Source: an uncultured Clostridia bacterium (GTDB taxonomy: Bacteria; Bacillota; Clostridia; TANB77; CAG-508). From it: DNA of 64,000 bases. The position numbers were made by a program, and so were the translations under genes. Under the pieces are notes generated by a model. The model did not search any database. It saw only the letters and a list, made by a program, of their open reading frames with translations, and was not told where the DNA came from. Positions within the stretch are counted from its first letter, which is position 1. Every line of letters starts with the position of its first letter. The stretch is taken from the NCBI GenBank assembly GCA_963556825.1, contig CAUWAM010000002.1, positions 53,135-117,134 on the forward strand. Reading direction: 5' to 3'. Shown in pieces: positions 44,187 through 55,301 of the stretch.

Positions 44187-45125
44187 TTATTTTTCTGCTT
44201 CTTCATCAATTTTTTCTTCAACTTGTTGTGTATTTTCTATATATGTTTTTACATTTTTTGTTGGTCCTAAAATAACTTTCATGTCATTTTTAAAACTTTT
44301 TTTAGGCCCTTCGCAATTTATTTTTATATTATTTTCTATTTCTCTAGAATCCATATCTAAAATTAATGTTTCTAATCCATCATCAATAATCTTTTTTATT
44401 GTTCGAAAATATTTTATGTCATTTTCTTGTAAAACACCATTATATATATTATTTAAGTATTGATAATAATATATGTACTTTTTTTCAATTAATTGTTGTT
44501 TTTCTTTTTTGTATTCTTCTTTGGATATTCTACCTTCTTTAATTTTTAAATCTTTTAAATATTCTTCAATTTGTTTTATAGCATAATCTTTTAAAAATCT
44601 ATTTTCAGAAATATTTATTATTATTTCTTCTTTTTCCCAAAAAGGTAAACACTGTAAGTCTCCTTCAAAACACAACCTTGTTTGAAGATTTTGTATATTT
44701 TTTAACGTTATTCCATATTCGCATTTCCTGAATGCTTCATATTTATCGTTTTTAAATATACTTGGTTCTATAACTTGTTCTTCTTCGAATTCTTCATTGT
44801 ATTTGATTGTATTTCTTGATACATACCTTAAAGATTGAAATGCCTCTACTATATAATCATTTATTGTATTTAAAATTGTTGTTGTGTCTCCCAATTCCAT
44901 TCCGGAATTATCATTTTGTATATATTCATTTATAATAGAATATATTTTTCTAAAATGCTCTTGTTCTTTTTCAAATAGATTTTTTAATATTGGATTTTCC
45001 AAAATCATATTTTTATCAAATTTTATTCCCTGATTTTCTTTTTCTGCAATATCTATAAAATAAGATACAATTTTATGATTTATTGATAATACATAATCTA
45101 AACTTTTACTTATTTCATCTTCCAT
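44187..45125 (-). CDS. hypothetical protein
   Basis: About 312 aa from MEDEISKSL with RBS aaggaga. No family recognised. Confidence 0.45.
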   Translation of the reverse strand: MEDEISKSLDYVLSINHKIVSYFIDIAEKENQGIKFDKNMILENPILKNLFEKEQEHFRKIYSIINEYIQNDNSGMELGDTTTILNTINDYIVEAFQSLRYVSRNTIKYNEEFEEEQVIEPSIFKNDKYEAFRKCEYGITLKNIQNLQTRLCFEGDLQCLPFWEKEEIIINISENRFLKDYAIKQIEEYLKDLKIKEGRISKEEYKKEKQQLIEKKYIYYYQYLNNIYNGVLQENDIKYFRTIKKIIDDGLETLILDMDSREIENNIKINCEGPKKSFKNDMKVILGPTKNVKTYIENTQQVEEKIDEEAEK

Positions 45126-45203
45126 TTTTAGTCTCCTTAAATTTTTATGTATTTTATCATATTTTTTGATACTTTTCAACACTTTGTTTATTTTTTATGT
45201 AAA

Positions 45204-45644
45204 TTAAATTTTATTATTTTTAATATCTTTCAAAAATTTTTCTTTTATTTCTGGTGGCATTAATGGAATTTTTTCAATATCTTCTCTTTTTACTATTTCA
45301 GGCAAATATTTTCCACTATCTATATATTTAGGATTATTTGAAAATTCTGGTCCTGTTCCAGTTCCAAATTTTCCGCTTACATATTCGCATAAATAATAAA
45401 TTGTTGTTTGATTAAATTTTTCCGAATATTCTTCATATAATTTTTTTATTATTTTTACATTAATTCCGAATTCTTCTTTTATTTCTCTTATGGTTCCTTC
45501 TTCGTATGTTTCTTCTCCTTCTCTTCCTCCTCCGGGAAATACATAGTATTCTTGTTTATCTGGATTTTTTATTACATCTTTTCGATGCATTAAAGCAAAA
45601 CCATCTTCCATTGGTATTATTCCTGCTAATCTTATTCTTTGCAT
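45204..45644 (-). CDS. NUDIX hydrolase
   Basis: Nudix box GGGREGEETYEEGTIREIKEEFG. Confidence 0.8.
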   Translation of the reverse strand: MQRIRLAGIIPMEDGFALMHRKDVIKNPDKQEYYVFPGGGREGEETYEEGTIREIKEEFGINVKIIKKLYEEYSEKFNQTTIYYLCEYVSGKFGTGTGPEFSNNPKYIDSGKYLPEIVKREDIEKIPLMPPEIKEKFLKDIKNNKI

Positions 45645-45814
45645 ATCACTCTCTCCTTTTTATTTTTTCTAATTATATTCTTTTGTTTTTTTACAGTCAA
45701 TACTTTTATTATTATCTGATTTTTTGCCAAATATTTTTTCAATTTTACTTGAATTTTTTTCTAATTTATTATAGTATATATAGAAATAAAAGAGAGATTA
45801 CTAAGGAGGAAAAA

Positions 45815-46555
45815 ATGCCAAAAAAAATAGAAGAAACTAAAGAAACAAAAAGCAAAAAAACTACAACTAAAACTCAAACCAAGACAAAAACAAAAAAAGT
45901 TGCTTCATCTACAACTTCTAAAAAAACAAGTGCTAAAAAAGCAACTGCTAAAAAAACAACAAAAAAATCAACTTCAACAAAAAAAGTAGTAAAACCTACA
46001 ACTGTTGAATATTATGATTTACCTTATACATATAATAAAACAGTAGTAAAAGTTTTATCACAAACACCAAAAACATTATTTGTATATTGGGAAATTTCAG
46101 ATGATGATAGAAAAAATTTCAAAGAACAATATGGGGATAATTTTTTTGAAACAACAAAGCCTGTTTTAATTATTCATAACAAAACTTTAAATTATAGTTT
46201 TGAAGTTGAAATAAATGATTTTGCAAATAGTTGGTATTTACATGTAAATGATAGTAAATCAGATTATAAAATAGAACTTGGTAGACGTTATTTTAATAAT
46301 ACTAGTAATTCAAATAATTATGTATATGTTTCATCTTCAAATGAAATAGAAGCTCCAAATGACCATATTTTATTTGATAAAGCACAAAACATGGTTTATT
46401 TTAAAAATGTAAAAACAAATGTCAATACAAAAAAAGATGTAACTAGTTTATCTTTCATTAGAAATATGGGAAAAATCTATAATATTTATGATTTATATAA
46501 AAAGATTTATAAAAATGAAAATCCATTTTCTAGTTCATCTTCTCAATTCAAATAA
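45815..46555 (+). CDS. DUF4912-like protein with K/T-rich N-terminus
   Basis: aaggagg RBS. YYDLPYTYNKTVVKVLSQTPKTLFVYWEISDDD. Paired with the following GH57 gene. Confidence 0.65.
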   Translation: MPKKIEETKETKSKKTTTKTQTKTKTKKVASSTTSKKTSAKKATAKKTTKKSTSTKKVVKPTTVEYYDLPYTYNKTVVKVLSQTPKTLFVYWEISDDDRKNFKEQYGDNFFETTKPVLIIHNKTLNYSFEVEINDFANSWYLHVNDSKSDYKIELGRRYFNNTSNSNNYVYVSSSNEIEAPNDHILFDKAQNMVYFKNVKTNVNTKKDVTSLSFIRNMGKIYNIYDLYKKIYKNENPFSSSSSQFK

Positions 46556-46584
46556 TATAAATACTATTATAAAGGAGAATTATA

Positions 46585-48171
46585 ATGCAACAAAAAAAAG
46601 GTTATGTTAGTTTTGTATTACATGCTCACCTTCCATTTATTCATCATCCTGAGAGTGATGATTACTTAGAAGAATCTTGGTTATACGAAGCTATATCTGA
46701 AACATATATTCCATTACTTACAAATTTTCAAAAACTAGTTGATGAAGGGGTGGATTTTAGAATCACAATGTCTATGACTCCTCCTCTTCTTTCTATGTTA
46801 GATAACAAATTATTACAAAGAAAATATATTAAATATTTAAAAAAGTTAATAGAACTTTCTAAAAAAGAAATTAAAAGAACGTCTTATGATGAAAGATTAA
46901 ACAAACTTGCTCATTACTATTTCGACAGATATTCTAATGATTTATACTTATTTAAAGATGTTTATAAATGTGACTTAATTAGTCAATTTAAACACTTTCA
47001 AGATATTGGTGTTTTAGAAATTATTACTTGTGGTGCTACACACGGCTATTTTCCAATTTTATATGTAAATGAAAAAACTGTAAAAGCCCAGATTGCTGTT
47101 GGTGTTCAAACTTATAAGAAATATTTTGGCAGACAGCCTCGTGGTATTTGGCTTCCTGAATGTGGCTATGTCCCAGAAGCTGATAAATATCTAAAGGATT
47201 TTGGTATTGAATATGTTATAACAGAATCTCATGGTATCTTGTATGCTGATCCTACTCCTATTTATGGCACATTTGCCCCAATCGTTTCTCCTGAAGGTGT
47301 TGTAGCTTTTGGACGTGACATTGAATCTTCTAGACAAGTTTGGAGTTCTATAAATGGTTATCCTGGTGATTTTAATTATAGAGAATTTTATAGAGATATT
47401 GGTTATGAAGCTGATTACGACTACATAAAACCTTATATTGCACATAATGGTGTTAGAGTTCATACTGGTATAAAATATTATAGAATTACTGGAAAAACTG
47501 AACAAAAAGATTATTATGATATTCAATGGGCTAAAGATTCTGCTGAAAAACAAGCTGGACATTTCTTAGATTGCAGAACAAAACAAATAAATGATTTAGC
47601 TCCTTATATGGATAAACCTCCTATTATTCTTTGCCCATATGATGCAGAGCTTTATGGTCATTGGTGGTATGAAGGTCCATACTGGTTATATATTTTATTT
47701 AAGAAAATTTATTATGATGATTGCAATTTCAAATTAATAACACCATCAGAATATATTGATAAATACCCAGAAATTCAAGTTTCTTCCCCATGTCGTTCTA
47801 GTTGGGGTGCAAATGGTTATAGTGAAGTTTGGCTTAATCCTTCTAATGATTATGTACATAAACACCTTCATGTTGCCGGTGATAAAATGTGTGAACTTGC
47901 TAATTTGTATCCAAATGCTAAAGGGTTGAAGAAAAAAGCTTTAAATCAATGTTCTAGAGAATTATTATTAGCTCAAAGTAGTGATTGGCTATTTATTATA
48001 ACAAATGGAACTATGGTTGATTATGCAAAAAAACGTATAAAAGATCATATTGGCAGATTTACAAAACTATATAATCAAATAAAAGCAGACAATATTGATG
48101 AAGAATTTTTAAAAGATATTTCAAAAAAGGATTGTGTTTTTCCTGATATTGATTATCAAATTTATAAATAA
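46585..48171 (+). CDS. GH57-family 1,4-alpha-glucan branching enzyme-like protein
   Basis: GYVSFVLHAHLPFIHHPE, WLPECGY, CPYDAELYGHWWYEG. Confidence 0.8.
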   Translation: MQQKKGYVSFVLHAHLPFIHHPESDDYLEESWLYEAISETYIPLLTNFQKLVDEGVDFRITMSMTPPLLSMLDNKLLQRKYIKYLKKLIELSKKEIKRTSYDERLNKLAHYYFDRYSNDLYLFKDVYKCDLISQFKHFQDIGVLEIITCGATHGYFPILYVNEKTVKAQIAVGVQTYKKYFGRQPRGIWLPECGYVPEADKYLKDFGIEYVITESHGILYADPTPIYGTFAPIVSPEGVVAFGRDIESSRQVWSSINGYPGDFNYREFYRDIGYEADYDYIKPYIAHNGVRVHTGIKYYRITGKTEQKDYYDIQWAKDSAEKQAGHFLDCRTKQINDLAPYMDKPPIILCPYDAELYGHWWYEGPYWLYILFKKIYYDDCNFKLITPSEYIDKYPEIQVSSPCRSSWGANGYSEVWLNPSNDYVHKHLHVAGDKMCELANLYPNAKGLKKKALNQCSRELLLAQSSDWLFIITNGTMVDYAKKRIKDHIGRFTKLYNQIKADNIDEEFLKDISKKDCVFPDIDYQIYK

Positions 48172-48177
48172 TTTTTT

Positions 48178-48205
48178 ATGTCCCAAGTAATTTTACTTGG
48201 GACAT
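48178..48205 (+). terminator. hairpin after GH57 gene
   Basis: atgtcccaagtaa…ttacttgggacat; weak T tail. Confidence 0.45.
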
Positions 48206-48286
48206 ATTTCATATAAAAAAAAATCTCATATAATAAGGTATAACTTTTAAAAGTTTAGTAGATACTAATTTAGAAAGGAGATTTTC

Positions 48287-49162
48287 ATGAAATCAATATG
48301 TATTAAAACCAATGATACTCACTTACTAAATTACCTACTAAATGAATTTGATTATATCGAAATTGACAATGTTTATATTTCTACTAATAAATTTAAAAAT
48401 TATAAAAATATAATTGTTCATTATACTGGTAATGATAATTATACTTTTATTCATGAAGTTTCCTGTATTCTTTCTTGTTTTGTAATTGATGAAATTGAAG
48501 AAAGTATTTTAAAAAAATTAATTTTAAGAAATTATTTTTATTTTGAAACTTTAGAAAAAAAAGAAATTTTAGATATTTGCTATGATATTTTTACCGATAA
48601 ATTTAATGAATATTTTGACAAAAAGTATAATTGTTTAATTAATGATTTTTCTTCTTACTTATCAGAACATAAATCCATTATACTTTCTGGTTTTATTAAT
48701 TTTAGAATTAAAGATTATATAAAAATATTAGAAACTATTGTTGATGAAGCTGTTAATTCTTATGTTATAAAAAAAGAATATATGGAATTTGTCTCACTTC
48801 TAAGGTTATATATTAATTCTCAAGAATCTAATTGCAAAATAGTACATTTAATTTATTCTAATGAAACTTCTATTTTGCTGGATGAAAATAAAAATATTAT
48901 AAATCCAAATCGTGATTTTTTGAAAGCAAAATATTTATCTGATATAACTTTTTCATCAAATGATTATGCTTTAAATACTTTACTTAATTTGATACCTAGA
49001 AAAATATATATTCACTTATTGGACAATTATGTTGATGAATTTGTGCATACTTTAGGTCTAATTTTCGATAACAATGTTGAAATTTGTACTGATTGTGAAA
49101 TTTGTAAATTATATAAAAATAAAAAATTGAAACTAAGTAATAATATTATTAAAAATAAATAA
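48287..49162 (+). CDS. putative sporulation protein YtxC-like
   Basis: 291 aa; GFINFRIKDY and EYMEFVSLLRLYINSQ resemble the YtxC family. Call is uncertain. Confidence 0.4.
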   Translation: MKSICIKTNDTHLLNYLLNEFDYIEIDNVYISTNKFKNYKNIIVHYTGNDNYTFIHEVSCILSCFVIDEIEESILKKLILRNYFYFETLEKKEILDICYDIFTDKFNEYFDKKYNCLINDFSSYLSEHKSIILSGFINFRIKDYIKILETIVDEAVNSYVIKKEYMEFVSLLRLYINSQESNCKIVHLIYSNETSILLDENKNIINPNRDFLKAKYLSDITFSSNDYALNTLLNLIPRKIYIHLLDNYVDEFVHTLGLIFDNNVEICTDCEICKLYKNKKLKLSNNIIKNK

Positions 49163-49165
49163 ATT

Positions 49166-49207
49166 AAAAGCAGGTAACATTTAAAAATGTTATTTCCTGC
49201 TTTTTTT
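49166..49207. terminator. bidirectional terminator
   Basis: aaagcaggtaacat…atgttatttcctgcttttttt. Confidence 0.6.
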
Positions 49208-50141
49208 ACATTGCCATATTTATACCCTTTGCCACAACTTCACTCATATTTTCAATCAAGTCATCTATTTCTTTAGGTGTAACAATCAAATTATATTCTT
49301 TCGGCATTAATGTTTCTTTTATGGTTTCGTAATTATCTTGTTCTTTTAATTGATTTAAGTATTCATTTGATTTTGCATCTTCTTGTAATTTTGTTATGAA
49401 TAAATCTAAACAATCATTTACTAGCACTGCTGTTTCAACAACTGTCGGAATCCCAATTGCAATTACAGGTATCCCTAATGTTTGCTGACTTAATTCTGCT
49501 CTTGTATTACCAACTCCTGCCCCTGGAACTATTCCTGTGTCTGATAATTGTATTGTACTACTTATTCTTTCTATACTTCTTGAAGCAAGTGCATCTATTA
49601 CTATAACTAATTTTGGATTAATATTATCAACGATTCCTTTCAAAATTTCTAATGTTTCAATTCCTGTTGTTCCTAATACTCCTGGGGATATTGCACTTAC
49701 CATTCTTGTTCCTTCTTCTACATATTGTGGTAAATAGTTTATTATGTGTCTTGTAACTTCTATTTCATTTATAACTTTTGGTCCTAAAGCATCTGGTGTA
49801 ACATAAATATTTCCAAGTCCTACTACTAATATTTCTCCTTGTTTGTCTATATGTGAGTCTATTATTTTTTTTAATTCGTTTGATAAAATTTCTGCTGATT
49901 TTTCTATATCTTCATCTTGTGCTATTTTTAATTGTTTTATGTCTATTGTTATATAATTTCCTATAGGCTTCCCTATTGCATTTTGTCCCTCTTCATTTGT
50001 TATTTTTACTCTTTCTACTGATATATTTTCGTTTAATTCTTCTTTTTCACTTTCTATTCCATTTATTTCATTTTCTATACTATTTGCTTTTTTGAATAAG
50101 TCTCTTCTTTCTGATGCTAAATCTGTTCTAAAATTAAACAT
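49206..50141 (-). CDS. gpr: germination protease
   Basis: FRTDLASERRDL, GLGNIYVTPDALGP. Confidence 0.85.
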   Translation of the reverse strand: MFNFRTDLASERRDLFKKANSIENEINGIESEKEELNENISVERVKITNEEGQNAIGKPIGNYITIDIKQLKIAQDEDIEKSAEILSNELKKIIDSHIDKQGEILVVGLGNIYVTPDALGPKVINEIEVTRHIINYLPQYVEEGTRMVSAISPGVLGTTGIETLEILKGIVDNINPKLVIVIDALASRSIERISSTIQLSDTGIVPGAGVGNTRAELSQQTLGIPVIAIGIPTVVETAVLVNDCLDLFITKLQEDAKSNEYLNQLKEQDNYETIKETLMPKEYNLIVTPKEIDDLIENMSEVVAKGINMAM

Positions 50142-50256
50142 AAAAACCAACTCCTACTTTTTAGTATTTGTTGGTTTTTAATTTTTATTCATTTTTATCA
50201 GTTTTAAAAAGCGAATAAAAAATTAAGAGCCCTAAACAAGGGCTCCATAGGAATTT

Positions 50257-50694
50257 TTATTTATTTCTCGATACTATTTTTCTAATTGTTTTTTCTTCGT
50301 ATTCAAGTATTTCCTTATTTTTCTTAAAAAACTCTTTTCTAGCTTTTAATCCTTTAAGATACTGTTCACTCCTTTTTCTTAATTTTGGAGTATTAAGGAT
50401 ATAATCTCTCCATTGCTTGTATATAGGTTGATCATGTATTGAAATTAGTGCACCTTCAACTTTAGGTGTTGTCCTATTTCCAAAATATACATAACCTGTT
50501 ATATTTTCAACAGCTGTTCTAAATATCCAATATGGTTCAAGTATTGTTGTTTCACTTTCGATTAATTCATCGATATTATTTTTTAATAAATTTTCATCAA
50601 CAATAATCAATCTCACAATATTTTCTTTTTCTATAACAGCAATTTTATCTCCATAACAAACAATTCTCCGTAAGTCCCTTTCCTTTGATGCCAT
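50257..50694 (-). CDS. hypothetical protein
   Basis: 145-aa ORF with no family recognised. Confidence 0.4.
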   Translation of the reverse strand: MASKERDLRRIVCYGDKIAVIEKENIVRLIIVDENLLKNNIDELIESETTILEPYWIFRTAVENITGYVYFGNRTTPKVEGALISIHDQPIYKQWRDYILNTPKLRKRSEQYLKGLKARKEFFKKNKEILEYEEKTIRKIVSRNK

Positions 50695-50756
50695 AAAAAA
50701 TCCCTCCTAAAATAATAATATATAATTATTATAACATATTTTTCTTCACTTTTCAA

Positions 50757-52367
50757 TTAATAGATTCCAATAACATTTCCATTACTATCTATATTTATAT
50801 TTTCTGCAGCTGGAATCTCTGGTAATCCCGGCATTGTCATTATTTTTCCAGCTAATGCAACAATAAATCCAGCTCCTGATTTTAGTTCAATATCTCTTAT
50901 TGTTATTGAAAATGGTTCTTTACATTCTAAATTTTTACTATCATCTGAGAATGAATATTGAGTTTTTGCAATGCATACAGGTAAATCTGTATATCCTAAC
51001 TTTTCTATTTTTTCTATTTTTTTTAAAGCTTCCTGTGTAAATTTCACTTCTGATGCTCCATAAATTTCTGTTGATATTTTTGATATTTTTGTTTTTATAT
51101 CTTCATTTAAATTATATATATATTGGAATTGTTCTTTTTGTTCTGTTAAGCCAACTATTTTTTGTGCTATATCAACAGCTCCTTCTCCTCCTTTTTTAAA
51201 GCTGTCTACTAAACTAATTTGAATATTTTTTTCTGCTAATGTTTCTTTTAAAATTCTTATTTCTTCTTCTGTATCTGTATCAAATTTGTTTATTGCTACA
51301 ATTACATTTAATCCAAATTTTTCTTTTATATTTTTTATATGTTTGAATAAATTATTCATTCCTCCATGATATTTTAGTGCTTTTATTGTTGCAACAATTA
51401 CTACTGCATCTGGTTTTATTCCTGCTTTTCTACACTTAATATTTAAAAATTTTTCTGCTCCTAAATCTGCTCCAAATCCTGCTTCTGTTACTGTATATTC
51501 CGCTAATTTCATTGCTAATTTTGTTGCAATTATGCTATTACATCCATGTGCTATATTTGCAAATGGTCCTCCATGTATTATTGCTGGTGTATGTTCTAAT
51601 GTTTGTACTAGATTTGGTTTTATTGCATCTTTTAATAGTACAGCCATTGCACCTTCTGCTTTTAGTTCTTTTGCATATACTGGTTGTTCTTTTGAGTTGT
51701 AACCAATTATTATATTGCCTAATTTTTGTTTTAATTCTTCAATATTCTCAACCAAGCATAATATTGCCATTATCTCTGATGCTACTGTTATATCGAATGA
51801 ATCTTCTCTTACTACTATCTTTTTTTCGCCTGAAAGTCCTGTTTCTATTTTTCTTAGCTGTCTATCATTTAAATCTACACATCTTTTCCATCTAACATTT
51901 TGTATGTCTAATTTATTTCCATAATATATATGGTTGTCTATCATTGCTGACAATAAATTATTTGCAGATGTTATTGCATGAATATCTCCTGTGAAATGCA
52001 AATTTATATCTTCCATTGGTGCAACTTGTGAATATCCTCCACCTGTTGCTCCACCTTTCATTCCAAATACTGGTCCTAATGAGGGTTCTCTTAATGTTAA
52101 TATAGATTTTTTCCCTATTTTGTTTAATCCATCTGCAATTCCTATAGATACTGTTGTTTTACCCTCTCCTAATGGTGTAGGGGTTATTGCTGTTACTAAG
52201 ATTAATTTTCCATTTTTTTTATTTTCTAAGTCTTTATATACATTACTTGAAATTTTAGCCTTGTATTTTCCATAACATTCAAGGTTACTTTCATCTATAT
52301 TTATTTTTTCTGCAATATCTGTTATTTTTTCTAATTTTACATTGTTAGAAATTTCTATGTCTGTCAT
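50757..52367 (-). CDS. fhs: formate-tetrahydrofolate ligase
   Basis: TPTPLGEGKTT P-loop. 536 aa, colinear with Fhs. Confidence 0.95.
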   Translation of the reverse strand: MTDIEISNNVKLEKITDIAEKINIDESNLECYGKYKAKISSNVYKDLENKKNGKLILVTAITPTPLGEGKTTVSIGIADGLNKIGKKSILTLREPSLGPVFGMKGGATGGGYSQVAPMEDINLHFTGDIHAITSANNLLSAMIDNHIYYGNKLDIQNVRWKRCVDLNDRQLRKIETGLSGEKKIVVREDSFDITVASEIMAILCLVENIEELKQKLGNIIIGYNSKEQPVYAKELKAEGAMAVLLKDAIKPNLVQTLEHTPAIIHGGPFANIAHGCNSIIATKLAMKLAEYTVTEAGFGADLGAEKFLNIKCRKAGIKPDAVVIVATIKALKYHGGMNNLFKHIKNIKEKFGLNVIVAINKFDTDTEEEIRILKETLAEKNIQISLVDSFKKGGEGAVDIAQKIVGLTEQKEQFQYIYNLNEDIKTKISKISTEIYGASEVKFTQEALKKIEKIEKLGYTDLPVCIAKTQYSFSDDSKNLECKEPFSITIRDIELKSGAGFIVALAGKIMTMPGLPEIPAAENINIDSNGNVIGIY

Positions 52368-52402
52368 TTTGTGTCCCTCCTTTTATTTTTAAAAAAGTGG
52401 AA

Positions 52403-52843
52403 TTAAGCAATTAATCCCACTATAACTCCTATCAAAGCACCTACAATTACTTGTATTGGTGTATGTCCTAACACTTCTACTAATCTTTCTGATACTTGTA
52501 CTCCTGATAATCCTGGAGTTTCTACAATTTTGTTTAATAAAACTGCTTGTTTTCCAGCAGCTCTTCTTACTCCACAAGCATCATACATAACAACAAACGC
52601 AACTATTAATGCTAATGCAAATATTGGTGTATTTACTCCCTCATATTTTCCTATTAGTGTTGCAAGTCCTGTTACAATTGCTGAATGAGAACTTGGCATT
52701 CCACCTGCTCCCATAATTCTTTTAAAGTTAAATTTTTTTGTTGTTACTAAATCATATATAACTTTAAATAATTGAATTGAAAACCACAATAAAAATGGTA
52801 TATATATATATTTATTTTGAATAAATCCCATTACATTGTTCAC
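52403..52843 (-). CDS. divergent PAP2 / DUF212 (YuiD-like) membrane protein
   Basis: GGMPSSHSAIV and HTPIQVIVGALIG motifs. Confidence 0.75.
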   Translation of the reverse strand: MNNVMGFIQNKYIYIPFLLWFSIQLFKVIYDLVTTKKFNFKRIMGAGGMPSSHSAIVTGLATLIGKYEGVNTPIFALALIVAFVVMYDACGVRRAAGKQAVLLNKIVETPGLSGVQVSERLVEVLGHTPIQVIVGALIGVIVGLIA

Positions 52844-52864
52844 TTTATTAATCCCCTTTTCTCA

Positions 52865-53086
52865 CTATTCTGCTGTAAAATTTTCTTCTTCTACATTACC
52901 ATCATTTTCTAATAATATAGTAATTTTCTTTTCAGCTTCTTCTAGAATTTTATTGCATTCTTTTGAAATTTTTATCCCTTCCTCAAATTTAGATATTGAA
53001 TCATCTAAATTTAATTCTCCTTTTTCTAATTCTGTAACTATTTTTTCTAAATCTGCCATATTTTCTTCAAAATTTGCTTTTGCCAT
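52865..53086 (-). CDS. xseB: exodeoxyribonuclease VII small subunit
   Basis: 73 aa; FEENMADLEKIVTELEKGELNLDDSISKFEEG. Confidence 0.85.
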   Translation of the reverse strand: MAKANFEENMADLEKIVTELEKGELNLDDSISKFEEGIKISKECNKILEEAEKKITILLENDGNVEEENFTAE

Positions 53087-53109
53087 AATTCTCTTCCTTT
53101 TCTTTTTTA

Positions 53110-53637
53110 TTATTCTGTAACTACTCCTGTTTTTACATTAACTTGATAAACTGTTACAACATTTCTATCATTTTGATTTCTTACTGTTACTTCAAATATT
53201 TCATCTGATTTTCTTTCAGATTCAAAAGAATATGAATCTACATTTATTCCCCATTCTTTTTTTGCCAATTCAATAGCAGTTTTTTCGTTATTTGCTGATG
53301 TATTTTCTTTTTTACTTTCTTGTTCTTCTTTTCCTACAACTGTAGTACCTGATGAATTTATTGTATTTGTATTTTCTGTATTTGTTGTTTCATCTACTAT
53401 TTTATTATTTTGTTCTTCTATAACTTCATTTGATACATTATTTTCTATTGTATTATTTTCTTCTACATTATTTTCTTCTTTATTAGAATTTAAATATTCA
53501 TCTATTATTGAAGTGTTATTTTGAGTCATATTTGTTGATGTTTCTTTACTTTTACTTGTTCTGATTCCTACTATTATGCCTGTTGCTATAGCTACAACAA
53601 CTATACTTCCTATTAATATCTTTGTTCCGTTTGTCAT
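53110..53637 (-). CDS. membrane-anchored N/E-rich protein with PepSY-like C-terminus
   Basis: N-terminal TM segment, low-complexity linker, C-terminal AIELAKKEWG…TVYQVNVKTGVV. Confidence 0.45.
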   Translation of the reverse strand: MTNGTKILIGSIVVVAIATGIIVGIRTSKSKETSTNMTQNNTSIIDEYLNSNKEENNVEENNTIENNVSNEVIEEQNNKIVDETTNTENTNTINSSGTTVVGKEEQESKKENTSANNEKTAIELAKKEWGINVDSYSFESERKSDEIFEVTVRNQNDRNVVTVYQVNVKTGVVTE

Positions 53638-53682
53638 TTTTTATTCCTCTCTTCTGTTTTTTATCTATAGAATTTATACTTA

Positions 53683-54876
53683 TTATAAGATTTTTGCGTC
53701 TTGTTGTCCGTCATTAAATCTTAATTTTATTTTATCTCCTGTATTCAATTGTTTCGAGCTTTTTATAATATTGTTGTTCTTTTCTACAAGTGAATATCCT
53801 CTTGTTAAAGTTTTTAATGGACTCAATGCATCTAATTTAGATACCAATTCTACATATTTCGTTTTTTCTTCTTTTTGTTTTATTTTTATAGTATTTTCTA
53901 ATCTTTTAATATAATTATCTATTTTCAAGTAATTATCATTTATGTTTCTAATTGGTTCTTTAAATATTCTACTTGACATACATTTTTCATATCTAAGTTT
54001 CATTATTTCAACTTTTTTTATAAGAGACATTCTTAGTCTATTTTGATATATATTTATTTTTTGTTTTATTTCATATATATCCGGAACAGCTAATTCAGCT
54101 GCTGCAGATGGTGTCGGTGCTCTTAAGTCTGCTACAAAATCTGATATAGAAAAGTCTGTTTCGTGTCCAACTGCTGAAATTATTGGTAATTTAGAATTGT
54201 AGATTGCATGTGCTACAATTTCTTCATTAAATGGCCATAAGTCTTCTAATGATCCTCCACCTCTAGCTAATATTAAAACATCTGCTAAATTATTTTCATT
54301 CATAAACCTTATTCCATCAGCAATTTTTTCTGCAGCACCATCGCCTTGAACTGGAACTGGGTATAATCTAATTTGTACATTTGGATTTCTACGTGTACTT
54401 ACATTTATTATATCTCTAATAACTGCCCCTGTTTGCGATGTTAACACGCCTATTACTTTAGGCATCATAGGAATTTTTTGTTTATGTCTTTCATCAAAAT
54501 AACCTTCTTCATCTAGTCTTTTTTTCAATTCTTCATATTTTTTATATAAAATTCCTACTCCATCTTCTTGCATTGCTTTTACATATATTTGGTAAATTCC
54601 GTCTCTTTCAAAAACAGATACTTCACCTAAAATAAAAACTTTCATTCCGTCTTTTGGCATAAAATCCAATTTTTGTGCATAACTTTTGAACATTATACAC
54701 TTTATTAATGAGTTTTCATCTTTTAGAGTGAAGTACATATGACCTGTGTAATGATTTTTAAAGTTTGATATTTCACCTTTTATGAGCACATTGTTTAAAT
54801 ATTCGTCATCTGCTATTTTACTTTTTATATAACTATTTAATTCACTAACAGTTATAGCCATATTTTCATAATTCAT
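53683..54876 (-). CDS. xseA: exodeoxyribonuclease VII large subunit
   Basis: 397 aa with an N-terminal OB fold (ISNFKNHYTGHMYFTLKD) and ARGGGSLEDLW. Confidence 0.9.
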   Translation of the reverse strand: MNYENMAITVSELNSYIKSKIADDEYLNNVLIKGEISNFKNHYTGHMYFTLKDENSLIKCIMFKSYAQKLDFMPKDGMKVFILGEVSVFERDGIYQIYVKAMQEDGVGILYKKYEELKKRLDEEGYFDERHKQKIPMMPKVIGVLTSQTGAVIRDIINVSTRRNPNVQIRLYPVPVQGDGAAEKIADGIRFMNENNLADVLILARGGGSLEDLWPFNEEIVAHAIYNSKLPIISAVGHETDFSISDFVADLRAPTPSAAAELAVPDIYEIKQKINIYQNRLRMSLIKKVEIMKLRYEKCMSSRIFKEPIRNINDNYLKIDNYIKRLENTIKIKQKEEKTKYVELVSKLDALSPLKTLTRGYSLVEKNNNIIKSSKQLNTGDKIKLRFNDGQQDAKIL

Positions 54877-54879
54877 AAA

Positions 54880-55284
54880 TTACATATCCTTTACTATGCT
54901 TGCTAAAATTCCATTTACAAAGTTTTTAGATTTATCTTCTCCATATTTTTTGGCAAGCTCTACTGCTTCATTTATTGCAACTTTATATGGAGTCTCTGTA
55001 TATTTTATTTCATAAATTGCAAGTTTTAAAACAGATAAATCCATTTTTGAAATTCTATTTAATTTCCAATCTGATTTCAGATTTGTTTCTATATTTTTTA
55101 GTATTTCTTGTTCATTTTCTTGAATTCCTAATATGGCATTTTTTATATATTTTTTTGCTTCTTGGTCTACTATATTATTACTTTCAAAAAATAATTGTAT
55201 TTGTTCTTCTAAATTATTGTATTGTTGTATTTCCAAACTATATATTAATTTAAAAGCATTTTCCCTACTTATTGTTCTATTCAT
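54880..55284 (-). CDS. nusB: transcription antitermination factor NusB
   Basis: 134 aa; [10 protein letters not shown] and FVNGILA motifs. Confidence 0.9.
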   Translation of the reverse strand: MNRTISRENAFKLIYSLEIQQYNNLEEQIQLFFESNNIVDQEAKKYIKNAILGIQENEQEILKNIETNLKSDWKLNRISKMDLSVLKLAIYEIKYTETPYKVAINEAVELAKKYGEDKSKNFVNGILASIVKDM

Positions 55285-55301
55285 TTTTCATTCCTTACCT
55301 T

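Noticed and set aside
45506-45814. Long N-terminal extension of ORF 45506..46555 (MFLLLLFLLREIHSILVYLDFLL…)
   Set aside because: It is an F/L/Y-rich translation of AT-rich DNA antisense to the NUDIX gene. A strong aaggagg RBS and a plausible N-terminus (MPKKIEETK) occur at 45815.
52389-52577. 62-aa ORF overlapping the DUF212 gene on the same strand
   Set aside because: It is an alternative frame of a well-supported gene, with an Arg/Ser/Cys-rich nonsense-like product.
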